A stretch of 64,000 nucleotides of DNA from Eledone cirrhosa (lineage: Eukaryota). Both the position numbers and the translations under genes were made by a program. The DNA is taken from contig OZ024744.1 of the NCBI GenBank assembly GCA_964016885.1, forward strand, positions 2,418,001 through 2,482,000. Direction: 5' to 3'. Shown piece after piece: positions 27,233 to 38,074 of this stretch (position 1 is its first letter; each line of letters opens with the position of its first letter). The notes beneath the pieces were generated by a model, which made no database searches, was not told the origin of the DNA, and worked only from the letters and a program-made list of their open reading frames with translations.

Positions 27233-28394
27233 GATATATATATATTAAAATAACAGATTAAAGTTTAAGCAAAGAATAACTGCTTTCACACTTAACGGGA
27301 TCTTGTGAAACTAAAAAAATTCAATCTGTGAACGCAGAAAATGAATCGCTGCTTTCACCCTTAAAAGCAGTATGAAGTACACTAAGACTAACTGATGTAA
27401 TCGCCAACCTTGTTTGTTTATATTTTGTTTTCGTGTATGCAAGAATATTTGTCAGTGATGCATGTGATTATGTAATCGCCAACCTTGTTTGTTTATATTT
27501 TGTTTTTGTGTATGCAAAAATATCTGTACACGAATATCTATATTAAAATAATATATTAATGTTTAAGCAAAGAATCGCTGCTTTCAACCTTAACGGGATC
27601 TTCTGAAACTAAAAAAATCAATCTGTGAACGCAGATGTAAATATTTCGAAAAACGTTACAACCGAGGGAAAACAGGAAGACGATACTTTGGTTCGTGAAG
27701 ACGCTCCCTGGCATAAGAATATATATATATACACATACACACACTATATATATATATACATATATACACACACAAACTGATCGCGTGTGACGTAATGCAG
27801 ACAATCAGACATACAGACAGATATTATAAGGGCGCGACGTTATATGTATGTATCTATCTAAAAAGTGAAAAACTAAGAATTATAGAGAGTGATCGCTAAA
27901 TCGCCTAATGCGGTCCCTAGGGCATAGAAAATTTATAATAAAATATATCTCAAACTAACTATTTTACATAGTAATATATATTCATCCGGCTGTTAATTTT
28001 TCTATTCTCTCTATTCTTCATATCCGTATATTAATTTTCTCCTCTCCACATCCATATATTCTTGATTAACTTCTATCCTCTCTACTCTCTCTCCCTCTTC
28101 ATTTTCCTCTATTTCTTTCTCATCTTCCTCACCTATCCTTCCTCGTAGCCTACAATATTCCACCCTTCTCTCCTTCTCTACACATATCTTTATTATTATT
28201 AATATCAAATCTATTTTAATACGATAGGTTGATTTCTTAAAGTTGCCGGTTATACTTTTAACTATATCTTAGCTCCTTCTTTCTCTCTCATTTCCACATG
28301 TCTCCCTTCCTCTATTTATCATTAACAATAGTATTGATGGAGCAGTTTGAATTTTTTAAGTTTACCGTTACGCATATATTTTATATTTATTAAG

Positions 28395-28499
28395 AGTTTC
28401 TGATGAAATGGTTTGATTTAAATGTATTGTAAGTTGATTTATACTTCTCCAGTATTAGCAATTTATAGACAATTCCACCATGGAAACAATTGTAAGACT
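28395..28499 (+). ncRNA. Type I hammerhead ribozyme with long stem II (PLE 3' remnant ~27940-28690)
   Basis: agttt-CTGATGA-aatgg...ccatg-GAAAC-aatt-GTA-agact. Stem I is agttt/agact and loop 3 is the palindrome AATT. Confidence 0.72.
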
Positions 28500-28703
28500 A
28501 TAATTAAATACCCTTGATTGTTTTGTCAACCATGTTATTCTTAACTTTTTTATTACTCCAATATATATTTACATAGGAATACAAGCACAATTGTCCCCAA
28601 AGCAAACATCTTGTTGAGTCCCATACTACCGTGTGCTTAAACTGTCCATGAGACGTTTTCGTAGACTCTTATCGGATTACCTTTAACATTTTATTGTTAT
28701 ACT

Positions 28704-28759
<56 letters not shown>

Positions 28760-28809
28760 AGGATGAATATAAAATGAAAGTGCTTTTTTTAAAAAAGGAA
28801 CTTATTAGG

Positions 28810-28927
28810 TATTGACATATGTTTCTGTAACAGACTGAATACCTATGTATCGCTGCTTGCGTAATCATATAATGTTAGCAAGTATTCGATAGCAAATGTA
28901 TAATCAGTTGTCACTTCTTCAGAGATT
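28810..28927 (-). ncRNA. Hammerhead-like motif in the 3' pLTR, ~90-nt stem II
   Basis: CTGAAGA-agtgacaactga...tcagtctgttaca-GAAAC-atat-GTC; stem I is weak. Confidence 0.6.
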
Positions 28928-29132
28928 TTGGATAAATTGGATAAAATCAGAAAAATTGAAGTATTTATATTAGTAAAAGAGGAAGAAACAGAGGGGATAG
29001 TATATGACAGATGGTAAATTAATTTACTGCTAAACAAGTATATAATGGTTACAGTATAACGATCGCTCTATTCTGTTATTTAATAAAATGTTTTTGGATT
29101 TCATAATGCAAAATAATTCTACATTACATAAT

Positions 29133-31325
29133 TTACAAAATTCCTGTCCATGGGATTATGGGGGGGGGGGGGGGGGGGGCAGCAGTTATTATATCCCATT
29201 TTAAGTGAAATTGTCGGTTATTTTCACGCAGCTGCCAAGCCTTGTCTGCGAGTGTTGTTACATAACGCTGGTTTTCATGTTTTATCGAGTAACGATGTCT
29301 ATAAAGGCGTGATTTGAAGGAGGTGGCTGTAGATCCCACATAGTACCACTTCTGTCTATCCGATTCGATAGTACATTTGTATACGATGTTGCGTTCAAGA
29401 CACTGATTGTTCAACGGACACATTCCTGGTTCGACACAGTTGCAATTATAATTTTGCGTTGTTGTATTGCCATGGATGGGTTGATGAGGTTGCTTATGTA
29501 GGACAGGATGTTGTTTGTTGTTTTGTGATGTTATAGCTAATGTTTTACGTGTATTGTTATGTGTTGGAAGGCGTTTATACAACCGTTTTGCGTTAAGCTT
29601 TTTTATATGTTGTTCAATATTAGGGGCGGTTGAATATGAAAGTCGAATAGTGTTAGGGTTTAAGATTTTATTATATTTATGTGATGTTGGAAAGTGTTTT
29701 CTAACTAATCGAAAGAATTTTGAGGGTAGATTGGTTTTAATGGAGTTGTTATAGACCGGGTTGTACCAGATATACTCCTTACATCGCCTTCTGTTTGGTG
29801 GTGTGCGACTATTATTGTGTCTATTGCGGTAGTGTATGTATGGTGGTGATTCTGTGCTATTTCTACTCCTATGGGATTTATTTTGGGTGTTTTGGTGATC
29901 TTTGACTATATACTCTATATTATCTAGGTGACCGGCTTTCCTAAGTGCATCATCATAATATTCGGCATGTTCTTTGAAGGTTTGTTGGTTGGACGACAGG
30001 CGGGAGATTCTAAGAGAAACATTTCTAGGGATGGATTTAATTATAGAGAGTGGATGGTTAGAACTCGTATTTACATATTTAAGGTTCTCATTTAGTTTAT
30101 GGAACGGTTTAATCGTATCTGTATTGAGATTGAAAGTAACATCAAGGAAATTGACCTCTTTGAGGTTATATTCAAATGTAATATTTAATCCTAGTTCCTT
30201 AAAAAGCTTTCTGATATTTTTACGCATCCTTTCTAAATTCTGGTTATTCATATGCTTAACTAATAGGAGCGCATCGTCACGGTAGATTCCACCGTGGAGA
30301 TCCTTGAATTTTCCTTGTAATCTGTGGGTGATATAAATTCCCACAAGATCTGTTACTTCCGCCGAATCATTAGAACCCATAGTGATATCAAAAGGTCTAT
30401 CTTTGCGAACCCAGTAGCTATCATCGAATTTAACTATAGTTTTCCTCGCTTCCATAATAATTTTAATTTCAGCATCCGTAAGGTCGGAATTATCCTTAGC
30501 GAACGAAAGAGCTTCCTGTAGAGTATCAGGTGAAATTGAGGAATAATATTCATCAATATCAAACTGAATAAATTTTGATTTTTTCTTATCAGTAATGTTA
30601 TTAAACCATCTTATTGCTTCATGAGTGTTACCCCATAGTTTAATCTCTACTTTAACCTTAACTTGGGGGATAATTCTGTCTAGTATATATTTGCTAATTT
30701 TGCCTATATCAGATTTAGAGGGGCATATAAGTCTAATATTAGGGTTAGTATCGAAGTTTACCTTGTGGTCCTTCAGGTTGAAGGATGGTATAGTTGGTGT
30801 TAAGGGTTGCGTTCTATCGTCAATACAAAGTTTTTTAACAATATCACATGCCGAGTTGTTGATGTTTTTAAGTGTAGCTTCATTAGTTTTCCTGTATTTT
30901 TTATGAAATTCCTTACGGATGAAGTTATTGTAAGTGTCCACATCCATGGTATATACGTTTGATGTTTTGTCTGCTCTAACAATAATTCCATTGGCGTTTT
31001 TTAGATTATTGAGCAGTGCCGTGATGTCATTCTGTAGTTTATTGTTCTTCCGTTTTGTAAATTTGATCTCCATGATCATATCCATTAGGTCTTGTTCAAA
31101 TGCATCCAAAAGTGGGTTTGAGGGTGGGTTCTTGTAAGATTTAAATCCAAATTTATCCTTGTTAAGATCCGATGTTTGGTTTATACGGCTTTTGTCAAAA
31201 TGGAATGTTTTCCATCTGATTCGTCGAATAAAATCATTGGTCCTTCGTATCATACCTAGAATATATTCCCTTTTTGCCTGAATAGGTATGTTTTTTAACG
31301 ACATATCCAATTGGTGCCTTTCCAT
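29133..31325 (-). CDS. PLE reverse transcriptase + C-terminal GIY-YIG endonuclease (C-terminus frameshifted at a homopolymer)
   Basis: ADKTSN, LKDHK..NPNIRLICP, FIQFDI, FDITMGS, GIYRDDAL, FLDVTF, SNHP, linker CNCx5CPL..QCL, NIVYKC..YYVGSTATSFKSRL..H. Confidence 0.9.
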   Translation of the reverse strand: MERHQLDMSLKNIPIQAKREYILGMIRRTNDFIRRIRWKTFHFDKSRINQTSDLNKDKFGFKSYKNPPSNPLLDAFEQDLMDMIMEIKFTKRKNNKLQNDITALLNNLKNANGIIVRADKTSNVYTMDVDTYNNFIRKEFHKKYRKTNEATLKNINNSACDIVKKLCIDDRTQPLTPTIPSFNLKDHKVNFDTNPNIRLICPSKSDIGKISKYILDRIIPQVKVKVEIKLWGNTHEAIRWFNNITDKKKSKFIQFDIDEYYSSISPDTLQEALSFAKDNSDLTDAEIKIIMEARKTIVKFDDSYWVRKDRPFDITMGSNDSAEVTDLVGIYITHRLQGKFKDLHGGIYRDDALLLVKHMNNQNLERMRKNIRKLFKELGLNITFEYNLKEVNFLDVTFNLNTDTIKPFHKLNENLKYVNTSSNHPLSIIKSIPRNVSLRISRLSSNQQTFKEHAEYYDDALRKAGHLDNIEYIVKDHQNTQNKSHRSRNSTESPPYIHYRNRHNNSRTPPNRRRCKEYIWYNPVYNNSIKTNLPSKFFRLVRKHFPTSHKYNKILNPNTIRLSYSTAPNIEQHIKKLNAKRLYKRLPTHNNTRKTLAITSQNNKQHPVLHKQPHQPIHGNTTTQNYNCNCVEPGMCPLNNQCLERNIVYKCTIESDRQKWYYVGSTATSFKSRLYRHRYSIKHENQRYVTTLADKAWQLRENNRQFHLKWDIITAAPPPPPPIIPWTGIL

Positions 31326-31536
31326 TTTAGAGACGTATGCTGAATTAGTTGCTCAACTGTATAGGAGATTAATAAAATTTCAGGTTATCAATAATGTAGT
31401 GATAATATATCGTTACGTTAGAGATGAACACCGTACGTGCAGGTTTGCTCAACGAGTATAAATTATATTCCGGAGAAAATGTAGAAAGGATGAATATAAA
31501 ATGAAAGTGCTTTTTTTAAAAAAGGAACTTATTAGG

Positions 31537-31654
31537 TATTGACATATGTTTCTGTAACAGACTGAATACCTATGTATCGCTGCTTGCGTAATCATATAAT
31601 GTTAGCAAGTATTCGATAGCAAATGTATAATCAGTTGTCACTTCTTCAGAGATT
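31537..31654 (-). ncRNA. Hammerhead-like motif in the upstream pLTR copy
   Basis: Same sequence as 28810-28927. Confidence 0.6.
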
Positions 31655-32400
31655 TTGGATAAATTGGATAAAATCAGAAAAATTGAAGTATTTATATTAG
31701 TAAAAGAGGAAGAAACAGAGGGGATAGTATATGACAGATGGTAAATTAATTTACTGCTAAACAAGTATATAATGGGTTTCTAATGAGAATACCATGAGTA
31801 AATTTAAATAAGAATTTTGGGAGTGCCAATTTTAATCTCTACTCGACCAACTGGACAGTGGACAGGGCTGGTCATTTGGTGCAGTAGTATTAATTATAAA
31901 GTGTCAATTGGGGTAGGGGGAGATTTCGATTGCTACTAAATAACATCAATGCTAGTAGCCAGCTGGTATATGCATTAGGGAATTGAATCAAGAAATCAGA
32001 AATCTCATTTTATCTATAGCAGTTTGTATTAAAAGGTAAATAATAGAAGAGTTGATAGAATTAAGACTAATAAAGAATGTTAATATCTATTTTGACAATC
32101 AAACGGGGATAGAGACAGGCGTTCAATCCTGGTAGTATTTATAATATGAAAATGTAGATTTCAAGCGATGGTTACAGTATAACGATCGCTCTATTCTGTT
32201 ATTTAATAAAATGTTTTTGGATTTCATAATACAAAATAATTCTACATTACATAATTTACAAAATTCCTGTCCATTTCATTTTATATTCATCCTTTCTACA
32301 TTTTCTCCGGAATATAATTTATACTCGTTGAGCAAACCTGCACGTACGCTGTTCATCTCTAACGTAACGATATATTATCACTACATTATTGATAACCTGA

Positions 32401-32442
<42 letters not shown>

Positions 32443-32447
<5 letters not shown>

Positions 32448-32749
32448 ACATGACTTTTAGCGGTCGCAATAATGAAAGTAAATTTATTTTCATTTTCGAA
32501 CGTCGTGTTTACATTTTGTGTGTTTAAAGGAAATATGCTGGCGACGAAGCTTCTTCTTTGCACGGCTCCATGTGTTCTCTATGAGCTGTGTGTGCACATC
32601 AGGGTCCGCAGGATCTACAAAGTTCCGTTGGTGCACCACAACATCATGAACGTAAATCCCACCTTCAATTTCCTCAATTTCCGAATAGGAAGCCCAACCA
32701 TCGGAGGTGATGTGGCTGCCTGGCAAAATCCCTGCTGAATGATGGGGAC
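32443..32749 (-). mobile_element. Second Merlin family: terminus plus transposase C-terminal fragment
   Basis: PGSHITSDGWASY..VVHQRNFVDPADPDVHTQLIENTWSRAKKKLRRQH. The terminus ggcatac abuts (TA)n, as in the first Merlin. Confidence 0.82.
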
Positions 32750-33179
32750 TGCTGAGATCGAAGTGAGTGAATTTGTCACTACTTTAAAACAATAGCTTAC
32801 GGTCTTCAAAATGCTTTTAATTAAGCATAAAGTGTATTGCAAAATACATTATATTTACATCCATATATATATTGCTATTTCAGAGCTACAATTCTAATTT
32901 TTAATTTCTGCCTGACCAACAACCGCTCTGCATAATCAGCTCCTGATTATTTACTAGATTTCTATAAGAATATAACATCATTAATCTCAGCAGACGGGCG
33001 GGGTAGTTGGCCTTGATAGGCTTCAACAAAAGCGAAACATGTCATGTCGGCTTATCTCCTCCTGTTTGCTGAGATCGAAGTGAGTGAATTTGTCACTACT
33101 TTAAAACAATAGCTTACAGTCTTCAAAATGCTTTTAATTAAGCATAAAGTGTATTGCAAAATACATTATATTTACATCC

Positions 33180-33182
<3 letters not shown>
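32750..33182 (+). mobile_element. 317-bp tandem unit (1.4 copies) with a degenerate type I hammerhead: retrozyme-like
   Basis: 32750-32865 is repeated at 33067-33182. gcc-TTGATAG-gctt(caacaa)aagc-GAAAC-atgtcat-GTC-ggc sits inside the long stem atctcagcagacggg/cctgtttgctgagat. Confidence 0.6.
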
Positions 33183-33211
<29 letters not shown>

Positions 33212-33850
33212 GTGAGGGTTTTTTTACAAAATGAAAAATAACCGAGGTGTCCTACACGAGTGAAAGTATAAAGAAAAAGAGATGAAATCGAAAATGCAAA
33301 AAAATAAGACTCCAGTTCCATTTTCGATTTCAACTCTTTTTCTTTATATATATATATATATAAATATATACATACACAAAAACACACATACACACACATA
33401 TCCATATATATATATATACACACAAATACGCATATACATGCGTATACACATACATATAAACGCACGTACACACAAACATACGCATACATACATACATACG
33501 GCCACTCATACAAATACGTAAATACATACACTCATAAATATACACATATACACACACACATATACAGTATAAAGATGAAGTACGTTCCACATGCGAAAAA
33601 TGATTGTATATTCATTTGTGTATATGTATATCTATATGTATGTATAATTACGTGTGTATAAATATGTGTATCTGTGTGTACATATGTGTATATTTATATT
33701 TGTGTTCTTATATACATGTGTACACATCTGGATATATTTTCAGTGTCTGCTCTAGCTCTCAGAGTAAAATTCCCACTGAGGTGAAGCTGCTTCTATATTT
33801 TGAGGTCCATAAATGAAATACTGATTCTGGCTGTCATTGTGTGTCTACTC

Positions 33851-33918
<68 letters not shown>

Positions 33919-34002
33919 AAGAATTGAACGAGAACAAAACAGAAAGGCAGTACGAACAAAGGTTTATTAGATTCACGCTCTTGAGAGTGGGGTGGTGGTG
34001 GC

Positions 34003-34040
34003 GAACAACGTTTCGGGCATAAGCCCTTCTTCAGGTGAAA
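34003..34040 (-). ncRNA. Minimal hammerhead-like core of the PLE pLTR
   Basis: cac-CTGAAGA-agggc(ttat)gccc-GAAAC-gttg. Confidence 0.6.
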
Positions 34041-35479
34041 AGTGTGTGGGAAGAGAGTTCCAAGGGTGTGTAGGGGAGTGGTGGAGAAACATATAGAAAA
34101 AAGGGGGTGCGAGGAAACGCTACAAATGAAATTAGATATAAAAGCATAATAAAAATAAAAATAAAATTAAACATGAAGTAAAACAGCTGGTGGAAGGATG
34201 TGGGGCGTGTAGGAGTAGTGGCGGGTGGAGGGGAGAGAGGGAGGCGGGGTGTCCGAGCGGGGAGGGTTGAAGGTGGTGTGTGTGTATAGGTGTACGTGTG
34301 TGTGTGCGTGTGTATGTGAAAGTAAGAGTTGGGGGAAGAACGGAGTTGCATGTTCATGAAAATGTGTATGTGTGGGGTGGGGTGTAGGTCAGTATGTGTG
34401 TGCGTGTGTGGATGGGGAGGGGTCAGAGGGGTGGGGGGAGAGGATTCCGGCGGCTGAGTGTATAAATATGTGGTGGTACGCACGTGTGTGTGGTGTTTAT
34501 ACATGTTGTGGGTGTAGGTGGCGTGTGGGAAAATATTTTTTTTTTAGTGTATGTCCCTAAGGTAGTTCCGTAGAGGATGTGGTGGAATGCTGGGTAATAT
34601 CCTTGGGATGTGGTTGATTCTTGGGAGCGATGTCTAATGTGTGTAATCCGTGGTAGGATTGGTCGGAAACGGGGAGATGTGGGGGTGCGCGAGCAACAGG
34701 AAGTGGTCAGAGGGTCAAGGCAGGAGGAGGGTTGTGTGGTTGTGTGTCTGTGTGTGCGGAGAGGTGGTCAGAGATTCAGGAGGGCATAGCAGCAGTCGGG
34801 GAGAATGGTAAATGAAGAAAGTCGGTGTGTCAGTGTGTGCGGAGGTGCGGTGGGCAGGGGAGAGGATGGGTAGGTGTGAAAGTTGGAGTGAGGACAGAGT
34901 GTGTGTATTAGTAGAGGTGTTGGTGGGATGTGTGTGTGTGTGAGAAAGGGTGTGGGTGGAGCGGGGAGGGGAGGGGAGAGAAAGGTGTGGGGGACGGTGG
35001 AGGGAGTGTAGTGTACTGGTGTGTGTGTGCGTGTTTGGATGAGTGTGTGTGTGGTGAAGGGGGTGTTAGTGGGTGTTAGTATTCTGGTGGTGGGCAAAGG
35101 GTTGAATGCGGGTGTTGGTGGGGGTCAGTGGTGGTAGGGTGTGTAGAGTGAGTGGTGTAAGTGGGTGTGTGTGTTCGTGTGCGTGGGGTCGGAGGGGTGT
35201 TAGTGATGTTAGCGGTGGGGTGGATGTGTGGGGGTGAGGGTTAGTGGTGGTAGTAGGGTGTGTGTTTAGTGTGCGCGTGTGTATATATGTACCGGTGGGT
35301 GTGCGTGTGATAAGGGAAGGGGGGAGAAGCAAGAAGGGATGTTAGTATGTTAGTTGGGGAGGGTGGTCGGGTGTGGGGTGGGGTGGAGGTGTTAGTATTG
35401 TTAGTTGTGGGGTGGGCGGTGAAAAGGAGGAGTATGTTAGTGGTGTTAGTGGGGGATATGTGTGTGGGGAGGGGGAGGG

Positions 35480-37014
35480 CGGTTGAAGGCTAAAGGAATA
35501 AGGGTGGGGAGTTTAGGCCGGGGGAGTGTGGGTCTGTAGGGTGAAGATGGGTCGTTGTTCGGCCCTGAGGAGAGTGGCGGGTGTTCCGTGGCATTGGAGT
35601 AGGCCACAGACTGTGCGGTGGTGCGCGAAATGTCCAGGGGCACCAAAGTGGCGGGTGATGGAGGAACTATCACCGAGACGAATATCTCGGAGGTGTTCGG
35701 TAAACCGGTCCGCTAGGCGACGTCCAGTCTGTCCGACGTAGGTTTGCGCTGCACTCCGTGCAGCGAAGTCCATAGACTAGGTTGGAGGAGGTGCAGCGGA
35801 AGGCATGCCGGACAGAGAGAGAGTGGCCATTGGGACCCTGGAAGGTGGTGGTGTTGGTGATGTGGGGACAGGTGTTGCAACAGGGCCTGGAACAGCGAAG
35901 GGAACGGGAGGGAAAGTGAGCGTGGGTTAGGGGTAGGGTGCTGAGGACGAGGAGGGTGCGGAGATTGCGTGCGCGTTTGAAGGAGGGGAGTGGTGGGGCT
36001 AGGAAGATGTGGGAGGTGGAGGGGTCGGACTGGAGGCGTCGGAAGAGGCGGAGGATGGTGCGGTGGAGGGGTAAGGTGGAGGGGTGGTAGGTGATGGGGA
36101 AGGGGAGACGGTGTGTGTGTGTGTGCGGTGGCGTGGTGTGAGGGTGGTGGAGCGGTGGACAGCACGGGCGCGGGTGAGAGCGGTGTGGACGAGAGTGGGG
36201 GGGGGGGTAACATCTTCGGATGAAATGGCTGACTAGGGAAAGGGCCTGGGACTCAAAGTCAGCATCTCGGCTACAGAGGCGGCGGATCCTGAGGAGTTGG
36301 GAGTAGGGAATAGAGTGTTTAGTGTGGGTGGGGTGGGAAGAGGTGAAGTCGAGGTAGGATTGGGAGTCGGTGGGTGTGAAGAAGGCGGCGGTGACGAGGG
36401 ATTGGTGGGAGGGGTAGAAGGCGACGGAGATGTCTAAGAAGTGGACGTGGGTGGTGGAGATAGAGGTGGTGAAGTGGAGGGAGGGGTGGAAGGAGCAGAA
36501 GGAGAGAAAGGAATCGAGCTGTTCTCGGGTGAAGGTCGTGGCTCCGATACAGTCGTCGATGAAACGACCTTATAGTTCGCGCGTGGGGCCGGTGTACTGG
36601 GCAAAGATTTGGGCCTCAACATGGCAAACAAAAAGGTTGGCATAGTTTGGGCCCATTCTTGGACCCATGGCTACCACCGTGACCTGTTGGTAAAACTCAC
36701 CCTAGAAGGAGAAACAGTTGAGGGTGAGGACCAGCTCGGCGAGGCGAAGGTGGGTGGGGGTGGAGGGGATGGGGAGGGGCGAAGGTCGAGGTAGTGCTTG
36801 AGGGCACGTAGGCCGTCAGCGTGGGGATAACGGTATAGAGGGACTTGATATCTAGGGTGAAGAGGAAGGGCTGTGGGCCGGGTGGGAAGGTGAAGGAGTC
36901 GAAAAGGCGCAGGGGGTGGTTGGTGTCGGAGATGTGGAAGGGGAGGGTGGTGACAAGGGGGGCGAGAATGGAGTCAAGAAAGGCGGAGATGTGTTCGGTT
37001 GGGCAGTTGCAAGT

Positions 37015-37015
<1 letters not shown>
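35480..37015 (-). pseudogene. PLE RT + GIY-YIG, frameshifted
   Basis: TEHISAFLDSIL..FLFTLDIKSLYTVIP, AMG..MGPNYANLFV, RFIDDC, FLDISV, SSHPTHTKHSIPYSQLLRIRRLCS, YVGQTGRRLADRFTEHLRDI. Confidence 0.85.
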
Positions 37016-37064
<49 letters not shown>

Positions 37065-37091
37065 ACATATATAAGTAAATATATATCTATA

Positions 37092-37997
37092 TCTATATAT
37101 ATAAAACTGAGGATGTCTGTCTGGGTGTGTGTAAGTTTGAATCCCTAAAACTCGAGAACCACCCAACAGACTGTTTTCAAACTTTACACATGTAATACTT
37201 ATGTTTCAGGGAGTGTTCTGAGCAAAACAAATTTCAAATGTTCAATGCCTTAGGGACCACATTAGGCGATTTAGCGATCTCTCTCTATAATTCTTAGTCT
37301 TTCTTTTTTTAGATAGATACATACATATAAAGTCGCGCCCTTATAATATCTGTATGTATGTCTGACTGTCTGCATTACGTCACTTCCCTGAGAATGTCTG
37401 TCTGTGGTTGTGTGTGTGTCTGTATGTCTGTGTGTCTGTGAGTTCGAATCTCTAAAACTCGAGAAGTAACCAACCGACTTTTTTCAAACTTTACATGTGT
37501 AAAATTCAACTTTTTGATCTCCTAATTACGTGAAAAACTGCGTTTTTTCAGGTTTTTAGGGGGTTTTTTGAGGCGTAATGTCAGACCGATTTCCTTGAAA
37601 TTGTAACTATGTATTAGTCAGTCTCTTCTTCATACGGAGAGCAAAGAAAATCCAATTTTTTTATGTCCTAGGGCCGCATTAGGTGAAAAGCTTCATTTTT
37701 TTTCAGCTTTTTAGGGCTTTTTGGAGGCGTTACTTACAGCCGCTTTTCTGGAAATTTCAAGGCATATTATGCACATAAAAATAATTTATTTTCTTGATCC
37801 CCTAGGCCCTGCATTAGGTGAAAACCTGCATTTTTCCTGCTTCATCGAGGAAAATCTTAAAGATTATCCAGCCATCAGAGTATTCGGTTTGTTTTCTTTA
37901 CAAATTGTCCAAGCATGCAGTTTTTCCACGATTAGGTCTGTTGGTGGCCCGCGTTCCAAAATACTTTATCCCGTGCAACGCTGGGTACCATTGCTAG
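37092..37997 (+). mobile_element. Complete non-autonomous Helitron (~905 bp)
   Basis: A|TCtatatatataaaactgagg ... cccgtgcaacgctggg hairpin ... CTAG|T. No TSD, inserted between A and T. Confidence 0.88.
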
Positions 37998-38074
37998 TAT
38001 ATATATATGTATATAAGAGGGTCTTAACGTTTACCCGACAACCACTTCAACACCTATTGATCAGGTGAGCATGC

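Larger units (their letters stand above)
26641..27935 (-). mobile_element. Helitron copy C (variant 3' end, 5' truncated, with nested insertions)
   Basis: 3' end ctagcagaatggcccggcgttgctcggg. 27820-27935 matches the family's 5' region. Confidence 0.65.
28756..32406 (-). mobile_element. Penelope-like element (Naiad-type) with direct and inverted pseudo-LTRs
   Basis: RT+GIY-YIG ORF. 28756-29045 is repeated directly at 31483-31772. 32273-32406 is an inverted copy of 31372-31505. Both ends are flanked by (TA)n. Confidence 0.92.
33925..37015 (-). mobile_element. GC-rich Penelope-like element (Neptune-like), 5' truncated, with a long low-complexity 3' UTR
   Basis: Frameshifted RT and GIY-YIG, with an HHR-like core near the 3' end, bounded by (TA)n. 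Confidence 0.85.

Noticed and set aside
29133-31325. Selenoprotein-type Naiad
   Set aside because: No in-frame TGA at the linker or C-terminal Cys positions.
34031-36213. Pro/Thr/His-rich ORFs
   Set aside because: Off-frame or UTR translations of the C-rich PLE strand.
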